From NCBI RefSeq assembly GCF_009914755.1, contig NC_060927.1: 64,000 nt of DNA. The stretch is one strand, 5' to 3'. A program made the position numbers and the translations under genes. The DNA is from the human T2T-CHM13v2.0 reference genome, Homo sapiens. Below the pieces are notes generated by a model that saw only the letters and a list, made by a program, of their open reading frames with translations, ran no database searches and was not told the DNA's origin. The first letter of the stretch is position 1; every line of letters starts with the position of its first letter. Of this stretch, positions 12,268-24,657 are shown piece by piece.

Positions 12268-12980
12268 ATGCAAATTAAAACTACAGTGAGACATCATCTT
12301 ACACCAGTCAGAATGGCTATTATTAAAAAGTCAAAAAATAACAGATGTTGGCAAGGATGTGGAGACAAGTGAATGCTTATACACTGTTGGTGGGAATATA
12401 AATTAGTACAACCCCTCTGGAAAAGAGTGTGGAGATTTCTACAATTGAACTAAATATAGAGCTTCCATTCAATCCAGCAATCCCATAATGGTATTTTCCC
12501 AAAATAAATAATTATATTAAAAAGAGACTTGTAATTGTAGGTTTATTGCAGCACTATCCACAACAGCAAAGATTTGAAATAAAACTAAGTGATCATCAAT
12601 GGTTGGATGGATAAAGAAAATGTGTAAATGTACAATGGAATACTATTCGGCCATAAAAAATGAAATCACATCTTTTGCAGCAATGTGGATGTAGCTGGAG
12701 GGCATTATCTTAAGTGAAACAACTCAGCCAAATACCACATATCCTCACTAATAAGTAGAAGCTAAATAATCACACATGGACGTGGAGTGTGGAATAATAG
12801 ACACTGGAGACTCAGAAGGGTGGGAGAGGTGGAAGTGGGGTGAGGGCTGAGAAATTACTTAATAGGTATAATGTAAATTATATGAGTGATGGTTACACTG
12901 AAAAGCCTAGACTTCACCACTTTGCAATATACCCAGGCAACAAAACTGCACTTATACCCTTAAATTTATACAAATAAAAA
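12268..12980 (+). mobile_element. 5'-truncated LINE-1 (L1PB3/4-like 3' end)
   Basis: ORF2 C-terminal DNA 'atgcaaattaaaactacagtgagacatcatcttacaccagtcagaatggc' and 3' UTR 'gacttcaccactttgcaatatacc..aaaactgcacttataccc', ending AATAAAAA. Confidence 0.9.
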
Positions 12981-13940
12981 GATGTTTAAAAACCCTCAAA
13001 ACCCAAATGCATTAACATGTGATGACATTTCCTTATAGAAGCAAAATGAAAGTCACTCTCATAATGAAATCTGACTGCTTATTTGAGTTGGTGGGGGGAG
13101 GTGGAAAAGTGGTGAGCAAGAAAAGCAGAAGCAGCTGATGGAGTAGTTTGCACAATTTCCCACTAAATTGAAACAACAAATAATAAAATGGTTATTGCAC
13201 TCAATTGGGAGGCATCAAATAGATTATTGTAAGGTAAATATTATAATAGTGAGGCTCTCAGGCAGAATCAATTCCCCAACAACCGGGAGAGGTTTTGTCT
13301 TAGGTCACAAATGCATGTCCTCCACAAAACAAGGCCCTCATATGCTAAGTGAGGGAGAAAGCATTAGGTGGAGAAGCACTTTCAAAGAGAGGGCAATTGA
13401 ATTTTGAACAGCAATGAAACAAGCTTCACAAGAGTTGGTTTCAAAATTAAATGGTTTGTATGATGATCACTTTGACTTCCAGTGCATCAAAACATAAAAT
13501 ATTATTTTACATGCATTTCCACAGCCCATTTCTCTGTAATACCTCACTGCTTTGACAAGCATGTTACGTTAGAAGGAAATAACACACAAAGGGATGTGGG
13601 CTGCCTGGGGACCAATCATATGGGAGTCTTTGTGACTTGCTTAAGATTATTCAAAGATCAATGCAAAGAAACGTGTCTTGCCTCTCTCCCCTAAATCTTG
13701 TCTGGAATCTCTTGGAGAGAATTTGCAGCTTTGAGTCCTCAGCTTGGGAAACTCTTCACCTTGGTTCTGCACATATTAAATTTCAGAATGTTCTACTCTC
13801 AAATTATTTATTCTCAGTGATGGTCACTTGTTGGCTGACAGGTCATTTATTTAGATGTAAGTAGAAGGCAGTAGGACACCATAAAAAGCATCTACTTCCA
13901 ACTCCCTGTCCTCAGATAAGACTACTACACATGAAGTATT

Positions 13941-14176
13941 TATGGTACATTGTTTGCAAAAATGACCACAATCCTTTATCCTTCCCTATATGTGTACTCT
14001 TTGTACTGTGGCTTGCAGCTTCTCCCATCAAGAGACAAAGTTTTTCATCTGCCTTTGAATCTTAGGTCTTGCTTCAACCAATAGAATGTGGTGGAATTGA
14101 CACTATGCTGGTTCTGAGCATGGGTCACAAGAAGACATGCACCCTTCCATTCATTTCCTTTGTCCCTGCTTTTGCC
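13941..14176 (+). mobile_element. MLT1 (MaLR) LTR fragment
   Basis: 'ttgcaaaaatgaccacaatc...cccatcaagag..gcttcaaccaatagaatgtggtggaa'. Confidence 0.65.
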
Positions 14177-14242
14177 ATATATATATGTATATATATACAC
14201 ATATGTATACATATAGATATATACACATATGTATACATATAG

Positions 14243-14288
<46 letters not shown>
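14177..14288. repeat. Compound (TA)n/(CA)n microsatellite
   Basis: Seen directly. Confidence 0.95.
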
Positions 14289-14528
14289 GGACTCTGAATT
14301 TCAAACCCAAGAAGGAGTGGTATAGTATAAACTAAATAGGAAGAGTGGTAGGGAGGGGAAGAGAAAATTAAAAGACAAGTGTTAGACTTTCCAGTCCATA
14401 GATGACCAAGTTATGCTGCAACAGAACATGGGTCTCACTCACTAATAAACATCTATTAGAAATTTTTGATGCCTCAAAACTCAAGTTTCTTGTTTAGCAT
14501 GTGTAGGGAGGGGCCTAGTATTTTAATA

Positions 14529-14692
14529 CAGAGCTTCTCAAACATTAGTGTGTCTATTAATTATGTAAGGATCTTACTACAAGGCAGATTCTGATTAAGA
14601 AATTCTGCAAGAGGCTGTAGATTCTGCAGTTCTATCAAACTTCCAAGAGATGCTAATGCTGCTGGTCCCTAGACACATTTTGAGTAGCAAGG
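14529..14692. mobile_element. MER5-type hAT-Charlie MITE
   Basis: 'cttctcaaac...gcagattctgatt...gatgctaatgctgctggtcc..acattttgagtagcaagg'. Confidence 0.75.
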
Positions 14693-14899
14693 ATCTAGAG
14701 TACTAGCTGGATTCTTCAAATAAGATCTAAAGTCCTGATACAAATTCCACTCAAGGACCTGAGAAAACCTGAAAGTAAAGCCCTAAAGTATGATCAGAAG
14801 TCATTTAGAAACATAGGTGCATGAGATATATAAATATACATGGAAAATAAATATATATACATAATATAGTTTCTGTTTCAAAGAGGACAAAATACTCCC

Positions 14900-14914
14900 A
14901 AAGATCAGAACAAA

Positions 14915-14949
<35 letters not shown>

Positions 14950-15275
14950 TTTTTTGAGATAATCCAGAAAATTTTGACTGCTAGCTGGATATTTGATGAT
15001 ATTTAAAAAGATCATGTTTTAATTGTAAAATGTCATTGTGATTATGTTTCTAAAAACAACTCTGTTTTGAGGAATACCTACTGAACTCTACACAATTAAA
15101 TATTCTAATACTATTCAAAACAATCCAGTGGTGGTTGGGAAGAAGTGGGTGATAAAACAGGGTAGCCAGAGAGATAAGTTCTGAAGCTGGGAGCTGGGAG
15201 TGGGGGGTTATTTTGCTAGTTTTTCTGCTTTTCTATGTATTTGAAATTTTCCAAATTTAAAGTTGTAAATAAATA
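14900..15275 (+). mobile_element. Old L1 (L1ME-type) 3' UTR with an expanded A-tract
   Basis: 'tttttgagataatc..ggatatttgatgatattta..ttttctatgtatttgaaattttcc'. Confidence 0.6.
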
Positions 15276-16254
15276 GTTATGCAAAAAAGGGAAAGAAGGA
15301 TGGAGGAAAGGAGAGAGGTGGAGAGAGAGGAAGAGAGGGAGAATAAGAGAAAGAGAAATATTCAGAGAGAATAGTCTCATCCAAGTTCCCTGCAAAAAAA
15401 AAATAAATAGGTTCAGCAAAATAACTGATTCCAACCTCAATGCTAGGTAATATTCTAAGACATATTATTGAGATAGTGGAAGTTAAGTTTTAAAAACAGA
15501 AAAAGATGAGATCACTGGGTCCTTCTCAGGACAGATTGCTAAGGACTCTGGCTTTTTTATTATGGCTTTTTGACAGGCATGTTAGATCCTGTAGATTTAA
15601 GGCCTCTGAATTCAGAGCATTTGTCAAAGTCTTCTGTGATCTTTATAAAGAAGGCAAAAATTGTGGCTCAGATGATAGCATGGCAAGGTGGATTCATGAC
15701 CAGTTGAATGTCCACCCCCAGGAGGAATAGATTAGGAGCCAGCATGAGGCTGGAGGCAGCTCTTTAGTGGAACACTGAAGGAGTCCTGTTCAACATGTTG
15801 TAGTTTTTTAAATCAATGACAGGTGAAGATAAACAAGATGTTTTGGCCAAATTGACAGGGGGGCATAAGGTCTAAAGGACTACCTTATAATATATTTGAC
15901 AACGGAATTATAATCTAAAGACATATCAACATGCTACAGCTAAGAACCAGTGTTAGCAGGCTGAAATTAATAGCATTTTTGATCAGTCAGCCAGGAAAAT
16001 TCAAAATGAGAAAAAGACTTCTCAGTGGACCACGTGCACCTAGGGGTACTTATTAGCTACAGACGGCCAGGACTCCTCCCCCTGAATTTTGCCATCATCC
16101 TGTACTGGTTTGGGAAGCACTGACTTCAAGATCTCTCATTGTAAATTACATAAGAATCAGGAATGTAAGCGGCTGCTAAAGCCAATTTGATCTGCTAATT
16201 TTATTGTAGGGTACGTTAAAACAATTACTTCTCCAGAAGAGAAGAGGGAATAAA

Positions 16255-16480
16255 AGCAATAATTGCATCTACAGTTTAGTAAGCATTTACTATGGTGAGG
16301 CATTGCACCAAGTATTTTGCATACATTATCTCATTTAATAGCCACATAATTCTTTCCATGTGGGTGTTAAAAACTTCATTTCCTACATGGGGAAACTTGA
16401 GTTCAGAGTGGTTCAATGACGGCTGAAGCCACACAGCTGCTGAGCATCAAAATGGAGATGCGAGTGGAGCTTCTGTGGTA
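16255..16480 (-). mobile_element. MIR
   Basis: 'atacattatctcatttaat...ggggaaacttgagttcagag..gccacacagctg'. Confidence 0.7.
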
Positions 16481-16769
16481 CAGCAGCAGCTTAGGAATGC
16501 AATGCTTGCTCTCACATTGTCTGGGCTGGCCCCCCAAAAATTCCAAGCACAGGGTTGAGCTCTGGTTACTGTGCTTTAAGAGAGCATCAGAAAATCTTAG
16601 CCTGTGTCCAGAAGACTGTCTCACTGATCAAGGCAGTGAGAGAACAAGCACATCATATGTGGTCCAATTAGAAGAAAGATAGAAGAGTCAACTTAGAATG
16701 TCACGGTAGGTGCTTAGTAAATGTTTGCTAAAAGACTAACTTTAGCTTGAAAAAGGAATTTTACGGAGT

Positions 16770-17747
16770 CTGCTGTTTTGGTTATCTATCATTACATAAA
16801 AAACTGTTCGAAAAACATGGCTTAAAACAGTAACCATCATTTATTTTTATCTCTCATGGTTCTAGGAGCTAACTGGGCTGAGCTGGGCAATTCTCACTCG
16901 GTCTCTCAAGTTTTTGCAGTCAGTTGGTGGTGAGGGCTGGTATGGGGGGAAAGAAATATCTTCTCATCCATCGCCAGGTTCATGGTGAGACCTCTGTAAC
17001 AAAAGACATATTAACAAGAGAAAAGAGTACAGTAAGTCTAACATGACATGGGAGCCTTCATGAAGAAATGAAGACCCAAATAAACAGATAAACTTGTATC
17101 TTTTTATGCTACATTTGATAAAGAAGTAAATAGTTGTGGAGAAGTATGGTTGGACAAAGGGTAGATCATCTAGTGGTAATAAACTGGGGGGAATTTAGCA
17201 AGGCCTGTTTGTTCAGATTCTTCTCTGTGTCCCTGTGTCTTCAGCGATAAGGGTGTTTCTTTCCTTCATGTAATAGGATGGCACATCGGGAATAAGTGTC
17301 TTATGACTTGCTTCAGGGAAGAAGGACAAGGAGAAAGTGGGAATGACCTTCCTGCTTCTGCTATTTTCTTAAATGCCAAAATGCCATATTTGGGGAATAG
17401 CATGTCCAAAACCACATCACTGGAATAATCTCAAAAGCTGTTGAACTCAACTACTTGGAAGTTACATAATCACTCAGGGTTTGAAAGTATGTGTCACAAG
17501 CGATCGAGTCCAGCAGTAGCTGTATTGTCTTCTCCAATCTGTCCTAGCAAACCACACAGTGTGCCTTCTGTATTCTGTTTGTCAAGTCAGTCACCAAAGC
17601 CTGCCCAGTTTCAAGGGGGTGGTGAGGGGGATGTAGACTCCACCTCTTGACAGGGGAGGGAAAAGGTTTGGAGAAAAGGTTTTTGAGAAAGTTTATGGAA
17701 CCAGAAATGTGATTGAAGCCATTTCTGGAAAATACAATTTGCCACAT
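16770..17747 (-). mobile_element. MLT1 LTR split by the ERV1 LTR
   Basis: 'gttatctatcattacataaaaaac..ggcttaaaacagtaacc' resumes after 17423 and runs through 'gactccacctcttga...tttgccaca'. Confidence 0.75.
16941..17419 (-). mobile_element. ERV1-class solo LTR (MER34/MER39/MER31 group)
   Basis: Minus strand starts TGATGTGGTTTTGGACATGCTATTCCCCAAATATGGCATTTTGGCAT. 4-bp TSD CTGG at 16937-16940 and 17420-17423. Confidence 0.8.
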
Positions 17748-19988
17748 CTGCCTAGGAATATTTGGGGCAGAGGTGGGGGACTAGAAGTGTTGTATGTGGA
17801 CAGAGAAGGTAGAACTAAGCCAGGTCATGAAAAGAAGTAAAATAGAGACAAATTTGGATTCAAGAAAGGAAGATGTTTTCAAGACGCTGGATTATTTTTA
17901 AGGGGGAATGAATTTTCTGCCATTGAAACATGGGCTGTCAACACGTTTCTAGGGTCTGATACAGTGAGGTATCTGATCCCTCCAGCTCAGTGTGTCCAGG
18001 ACTAATCTGTTAGGGGTCAGTGGCTGGAGCAGGAAGTCTTCATGAGAACCAGAAAGGCTAGAGGACCGAGCAAAGCTGAAAGTTAAAATGTTTTTAATTT
18101 TTAAAACTTTTTAAAAATGGTGAAGCCCAGGCTGCAGGAGTGGGGTTAGAAGGTTTACTGAATGTGGCAGGAGCTGGAAGTGAACTTTTAAGTTGGGGAT
18201 GTGAACAAGAGTTTGAAACCAGAGAGGATCAAATAAATAGAATTAAAGTAGATCTAGAACTAAAGCTTTGGAGGAGCAGAGCAGGGAAGGATGGCACAGG
18301 GGACCTGAGCAGTCAAAGCACAGCCTCTGGTTGCTAGAGCACACTCCCTGGGACTGCTGGGGCACTGGACGTGTTGGAGAGAGAAGGGGGCACTGCCCGA
18401 AGGTTAGCTTGGCCTAGTGCAGGACAGACACAGGAAGACAAGCTCCACATGGAGGACTTGGATTAGGATGGACAGTGAGGCGCCTTCTGAAGCTAGGAAT
18501 ATTAGATTCTCATAGGACTAGGGGACATGTAGTAAATGATTGTCAATCTCTAGGCATTCTCTGGGTGTTATATTAGTCTTGACAGTAGACGTTTTCTACC
18601 CTTTGATAACTAATCAGTAACAGCCTTGGCATGCCACCCTCAGGTGTAAATGAAGCCCTTACAGGGAATCACAGTTCCATGGCCTTACACATCAGCTATT
18701 GCATGATTTTGAGAAGGCTTATTTCATAGTTAAAATCCAGGTCTGATGAACAACCCAGCACCACGAAGCCAGATTGTGTCTTCTGCCCTGGTAAAGGCCA
18801 TTATTCCCATTAGGATTGCTACATAGTTGAGAAATCACAATTGTATTATATTCATTCATGTGCCTATGTAGGTTTCAGGGAAAGTTGCATACATTTTGAC
18901 AAGGAAACACAGGTTCAAGAAGATAAAAATGGTGGTGAGAAAACACAGATCTGTATCAATAAAGAAAAACTTATCCTGGGCCACGAAAAGGACAAAGAAC
19001 ACTAGCTGGCTTTAGTGGCAGGACAATGAGCCAAATGAGCAATTGGCCTCAAATGGGAGTGAATGAATGGGTGGAACAGATGGCACTATAGTGATCTTCC
19101 AGCAACCCAGACTGACACACTTTAGCTAATAAGCCAGCAGCCCCATATTGTACTCAAAGAGACATGCCATGCTAAATCCTCAGGCCTGGGGCATCCACCA
19201 TCAGCAGCTATACTCTGGTCCCTTCCTATACTATATGGAGTGGCCATTAAACCAGACTTCTCATTTGTAGAATACATCAATCCAGGAGCACATATATTAA
19301 TTTAAATCTATAGGTGCAGTTCAGTAGATATGGAGCATGATTCCTGGCTTCAGCTTAAAAACCTCTTGGGAGCAACAGAGCAACTAGACTGGAATGTATT
19401 ATTCTTTACACCTTTGTTTACTTTACTGGAGAGAGTACGGTGTTATGCTGGAGAAAGCTGAAGTAAGAAGAAAGCTGAATTAAGTCCCAGCTTGAAACAG
19501 TGTACCAAAGGTTCACAGAGAAAATGTAGATTGAGAACAAAATGCAGACTGAGACCAAAATGCCCACCTCTATTTCAAATTGTAGAATTTTGTAAGTTGG
19601 AAGTAGCCTTAGAAATTACCTCACCCAATCCTTAATCTTACACATGAGAAAACTGATGCTGTAGAAGAAAATTATATACCTTCTATTTCTTTTTATCGTA
19701 GAGTATTTCTCTGATATACATATTGAAAAAGAATGGAAAGAATAGAATTTGGCTTGCAGAATTTTAATTTCCAAACCATGCCATTTAGAGTGATTGTTAT
19801 ATCACTTTGCCACCTTTGCAGCATGACCTGGGGGAAGGAAAGAAACTCTGTGGTTTGGGAATTCTGTGACCTGGTATCCACTCCATCCTAACTAGCTCTG
19901 GGACCTTCTCTCCGGTCCCTTTCTGCCTCTTTTTTCATCACACAACCTAGCAGAGTGCAGAGCACGTGGTTGATAATAAATATTTGAT

Positions 19989-20381
<393 letters not shown>

Positions 20382-20615
20382 TCATCTATCAGAATATGAA
20401 AATATCCAAACTCCTGGATTTGTGTTAAGATAAATGAACAGTTTTTTTGCTAAAAATACTTTCAAAAGAGTAATTAACTTGGCATCATGATGCCCCAGAG
20501 ATGTTCATTTATGTCATTAATTTTAGGAAGATGAGCACTTCATTTTTATTCACTGGAGGGTCAAGACCCTTGGGAAAAGCTTTATAAATTGATCTCCCTT
20601 TAATCTTCCTAGATC

Positions 20616-20786
20616 CTTACCTCTCAAAATGGGGGTCCATGGACCAGCAACATCAGCCTCAGCATCATCTGGGAACTTGATAGAATTGCAAAGGTTCAGT
20701 CCCCACCCAGATCCACTGAGTTTGAATCTACATTTTAACAAAGACATTAGGTAATTTGTGTGCACTCTAAAGTCTGCAAAATGCTG
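20616..20786. mobile_element. MER5A
   Basis: 'ggtccatggaccagcaacatcagc..gggaacttgatagaattgca..ctacattttaacaa'. Confidence 0.8.
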
Positions 20787-21049
20787 CCATAGATCAGTCC
20801 AGCAGCCTGAAATCTTTAGCAAGAAGCATCATGCTTCTTTACAGTTTATGGCTTCCTTCACTTCTACCAAAGAATCTGTCATGCACATAATCTATTTGAA
20901 TACTCAAAGATAAACACCCCACGAAACAAACTTCACGAAGCCTTCTGAATATTTCCTTAATTATTAAGGAACTATATGAAATCTTGAACCATATGAAATC
21001 ACTGCAACTCAATGTTTTCAATGGCAAATTTTTGTATATTTCAACATAA

Positions 21050-21430
21050 TATAATATCCACCATTTAGAGAGTGCTTATAATGCAACAGGCTTAGTGTTA
21101 CGTACTTTGCGAATGTTTATTCTAATCCCCAAAATACTCTATGAAGTGGATATTAAGTAATTTTATAGTTGAGAAAGTTAGGAATGAAGAAGGTTAAGTT
21201 CCCAAGGTTACCCAGCCAGTTATGAAAAGGCTGGGAAACACATCGAGCCCTAAACCCAAGGCCCACCATTTCTCGAAATGTGGACTTCAGACCATCACAT
21301 TAGATCCACATGGGAAGTGTGTTAAAATGCACATTTCTAGGTGCCATCCCAGATAGTTGAATCTGCATCTCTGGTACATGGTCCTTGGAATTTACATTTT
21401 AGTAGCCCCTCTGTGAATTGGGCATGCTTT
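21050..21430. mobile_element. MIR followed by a MER5-type fragment
   Basis: MIR 'ggttaagttcccaaggttacccagc', then 'gttaaaatgcacatttctagg..gaatctgcatctctgg'. Confidence 0.6.
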
Positions 21431-22625
21431 CTTTGAGAAAAAAATGAATCCACTATTTTCATGCACTGACTCTTTTCCAAGTAGGTGATGGGAAATCACT
21501 GATGTAAAAATTGACTTACCCAAGGGTAGAGTGACCATATGTCCTATTTTCCCAGGGCAGATCTGGTTTATGAACATTGTGCCGGTACAATTTCTAAGAG
21601 CTCCTCTTTGGATTCTCAAAAGTATTCTGGTTTGGTTGATAAATTGCATGAGTGATCTGTGTTAGGGAGGAAACTGAACTGGGTTTCTCCCAGGAGAGCA
21701 GCAGAAGCTCTATCTCCCATAGGAGAGCTATCTTGAAGTTCTCAGTGAGCTGAGGAAGTCTGAGTCTATCTCTGGAAATGTCCAGTGCCCTGAACCTCAC
21801 TATCTTCCTCCTCCCACCCTGACCTCCCTGGACATGCAGCTCCAGGCAGTGGCAGCCAGGATTCCAGTATACTCGAGGCATTCCCCCAAGGCTGCCTATG
21901 CTGGCATTCCCTAGAAATTCTAGTTAGACCTTTTAGTTTGTTTGAACTCTACTCAGAGCACCAACTGTTTCCCATTTCTCATTCTCCATGCCTTTGATGG
22001 AGCTTTGCCTGAGACCCCCTCTCCATTCCTGCAGTGTTTGTGTCCCTCTCGGGCAGAGGCTTCCAGGGCTGGTAAGGTCTGACTCCTCTCTGGACCCTAG
22101 TATGTGATACGAGACCAGGCACTGAGTGAAATGCCAATATATGCTTGTAGTTGGCCTAAATAAGGAAATTAATGCAGTTATCCGATTATCGTACCAGGAG
22201 CAGGTTTTGACAAATCAGGGAAAAAAGAAAAACAAGAAAATTGGTGGGCAGAGAATGAAGATATATCCAGGCCTTGAGAGAGCTCAGAAAAGAAAAAAGT
22301 CTATATAGTGCTACAACATTAGGAAACAAAATTTAAACTTATCTTTAAAGAACACATTAGCCACATCTCCAAATTATATGCTCAATATATTTTCCTTTAG
22401 CCTCTAGGCACCTTTTCAGGTAAAGTGCCCCTAAATTTAAAACAATGGATCTAATTTTGAATATACTGTACAGCATCCCAAAAATCCGGAAACAAGAAAA
22501 GGCTGCATTCTTCATACTTCCTTCAGATTAACATTTTGACCCTCTGCCAATTTACAAGCATTTTTATCTGAAAACATATGCAAGTATTTTGTTTGAAAAT
22601 ATTTATTAAAAATAAATTTATTCTA

Positions 22626-23108
22626 TGTATGATGATTAATTTTATATGTCAACTCAATTGGGTCATGGAGATATTTGGGGAAATATTATTCTGTGAGGGT
22701 TTCTTTGGATGAGATTAGCATTTGGGTGGGCAGACTGAGGAAAGCAGACTGCCCTCCTTAATGTAGATAGGTCTCCAATCAACTGAAGAGTTGAATAAGA
22801 AGAAACTTCACCTGCCTGACTGACTGATCTGGGACATTGGTCTTCTCCTGCTGTGGCACTGGAACTTAACACCATTGGCTTTTCTGTACTCACGCTTTTT
22901 TACTCAGGCTGGAATTTATATCACCATGTCTCCTACATTTTCAGCTTGCTGACTGCAGATTTTCAGACTTCTCAGTCTCTGTAATCACAAGAGCCAATTT
23001 CTTATAATCTTTCTCTCTCCCTCCCTCCCTTCATCTCCACACACAGAAACACACACACACACACACACATATCCTATTGTTTCTACTTCTCTGGGAACCC
23101 TGCCTATT
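22626..23108 (+). mobile_element. MLT2 (ERVL) solo LTR with (CA)n
   Basis: 'gattaattttatatgtcaact...gatgagattagcattt..gtaatcacaagagccaatttcttataa..tcctattg..ctctgggaaccctg'. Confidence 0.85.
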
Positions 23109-23289
23109 GCTTTGTTTTCTATCTTTCATACTTTCATGTATCCTGTACTTGAAAACTTAGTTAAGAAAAAAAAAAAGGTGTTAAGAAAGAACGTTCTATT
23201 AAATAACACTATTTTTTCTTTGAATATGTTCCTGCCTCAAATGTTGTAGATTGAATCATCCAATGCTACTGTAATTTGTTTCTTGTTTT

Positions 23290-23757
23290 TCATTATTTAT
23301 AGAGGCTGGAAAGCTAAAAATCTACATTTCCTAGACTCCCTTGCAGCTAGAGTATCCTGTTGTTGTGATCTAGCTTTTGCCAAGCAGGTGCATCAGCTCC
23401 AAGCTGAGTGAGAAAAAGTGAACGTGGTAGCTTGATGGCTGTCTGGAAATGTGGTGCAGAAATGCTTGGGTTTTTTCATGGCAGTGGTGGTGAAGCTTCT
23501 GGTGCCTGAGCAGTCCTAAGCTTCAGTATTGATAGCAGCCAAGGTGAATGATTTCTGAATAGCAGCCTTTCTGTGTGTAGCAGAGGCAGAATGGCTCTTG
23601 AGTCAGCAGTGGTGGCATCAGCTCCCATGTAAGCCAGTTTTGTAGTGTGCCTCTGGGAGTAGCTCAACCTACATTTGCATCTCCAGACCATAAAGTCTTT
23701 CTATTTAATCTAACTAGAGTAAGATTCTGTTTCTTGCAACTGAACTCTGACCAATTC
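23290..23757. mobile_element. Old ERVL-type LTR
   Basis: 'ctacatttcctagactcccttgcagctag' and end 'ttctgtttcttgcaactgaactctgacc'. Confidence 0.55.
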
Positions 23758-23941
23758 AGCAGCCTGAGGAAAGATGTCTTAAAGCAAAGTCCAATGGACC
23801 AGGAGTCTGATTCTTGGCACATTGGTTGGTCACAATGCTTTGATTAGAGGCACACTCCTGCATATCTGCATACTCTCAGTTTAGAGTTACTGCAATTCAG
23901 CTTTTCCCAATGTATGTTCATCCAATCAATATATTACCTAC

Positions 23942-24317
23942 TGTATTAGTCTGTTCTCATGCTGCTAATAAAGACATATCTGAGACTGAGTAATTTATAA
24001 AGAGAAGATGTTTAATTGACTCACATTTCTACAGGCCTGGGGAGGCCTCATGAAACTTACAATCATGGCAGAAGGGGAAGCAAATATGTCCTCCTTCACA
24101 TGGCAGCATCAAGTAGAAGAATGAGTGACCAGCAAAGGGGAAGCCCCTTATAAAACCATCAGATCTTGTGAGAACTAGTTCACTATCATGAAAACAGGAT
24201 AGGAGAAACCACCTCCATGATTCAATTATCTCCACCTGGTCCCTCCCATCACACGTGGGATTATGGGAACTACAATTCAAGATGAGATTTAGGTGGAGAC
24301 ATAGCCAAACCATATCA
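23942..24317 (-). mobile_element. THE1D-like solo LTR
   Basis: Termini TGTATTAGTC...CCATATCA with a perfect TSD CCTAC (23937-23941 / 24318-24322). Confidence 0.92.
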
Positions 24318-24657
24318 CCTACCTACCTCCAAAATGTTTTATTGGTCAAATGAATAAGAGAGAATTGAAGGCAAAAATGTTTTGAATCAGAACCTTTAAG
24401 GTGATTTCATGCCTTAAAAGTCTTAAAATGTGCTTCAAAGAGATAAGTGTAACATATGCAGTTTTTGTTTAGTATTTTCAACCTCTAATTCCCCATTCTG
24501 CTACCATTCCCTTTCATTTTTGTAAGACTGATATTCCAAGAAATATACTGGGGAAAAGCTTGCTCAATCCATTCAAAGTGGCCAGTTCTGACTGTAGAGA
24601 AGCCATTGGCAAGTGAGGTTTTTGAGCTGCTTTCTACAGATGCTACCATTGGACCTC

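Larger units (their letters stand above)
15560..17960 (+). mobile_element. L3/CR1 LINE relic, interrupted by MIR, MLT1 and an ERV1 LTR
   Basis: CR1-like 'gaattcagagcatttgtcaaagtc...aggtggattcatgaccagttgaat...gtcctgttcaacat', with a 3'-type segment near 17850-17950. Confidence 0.6.
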
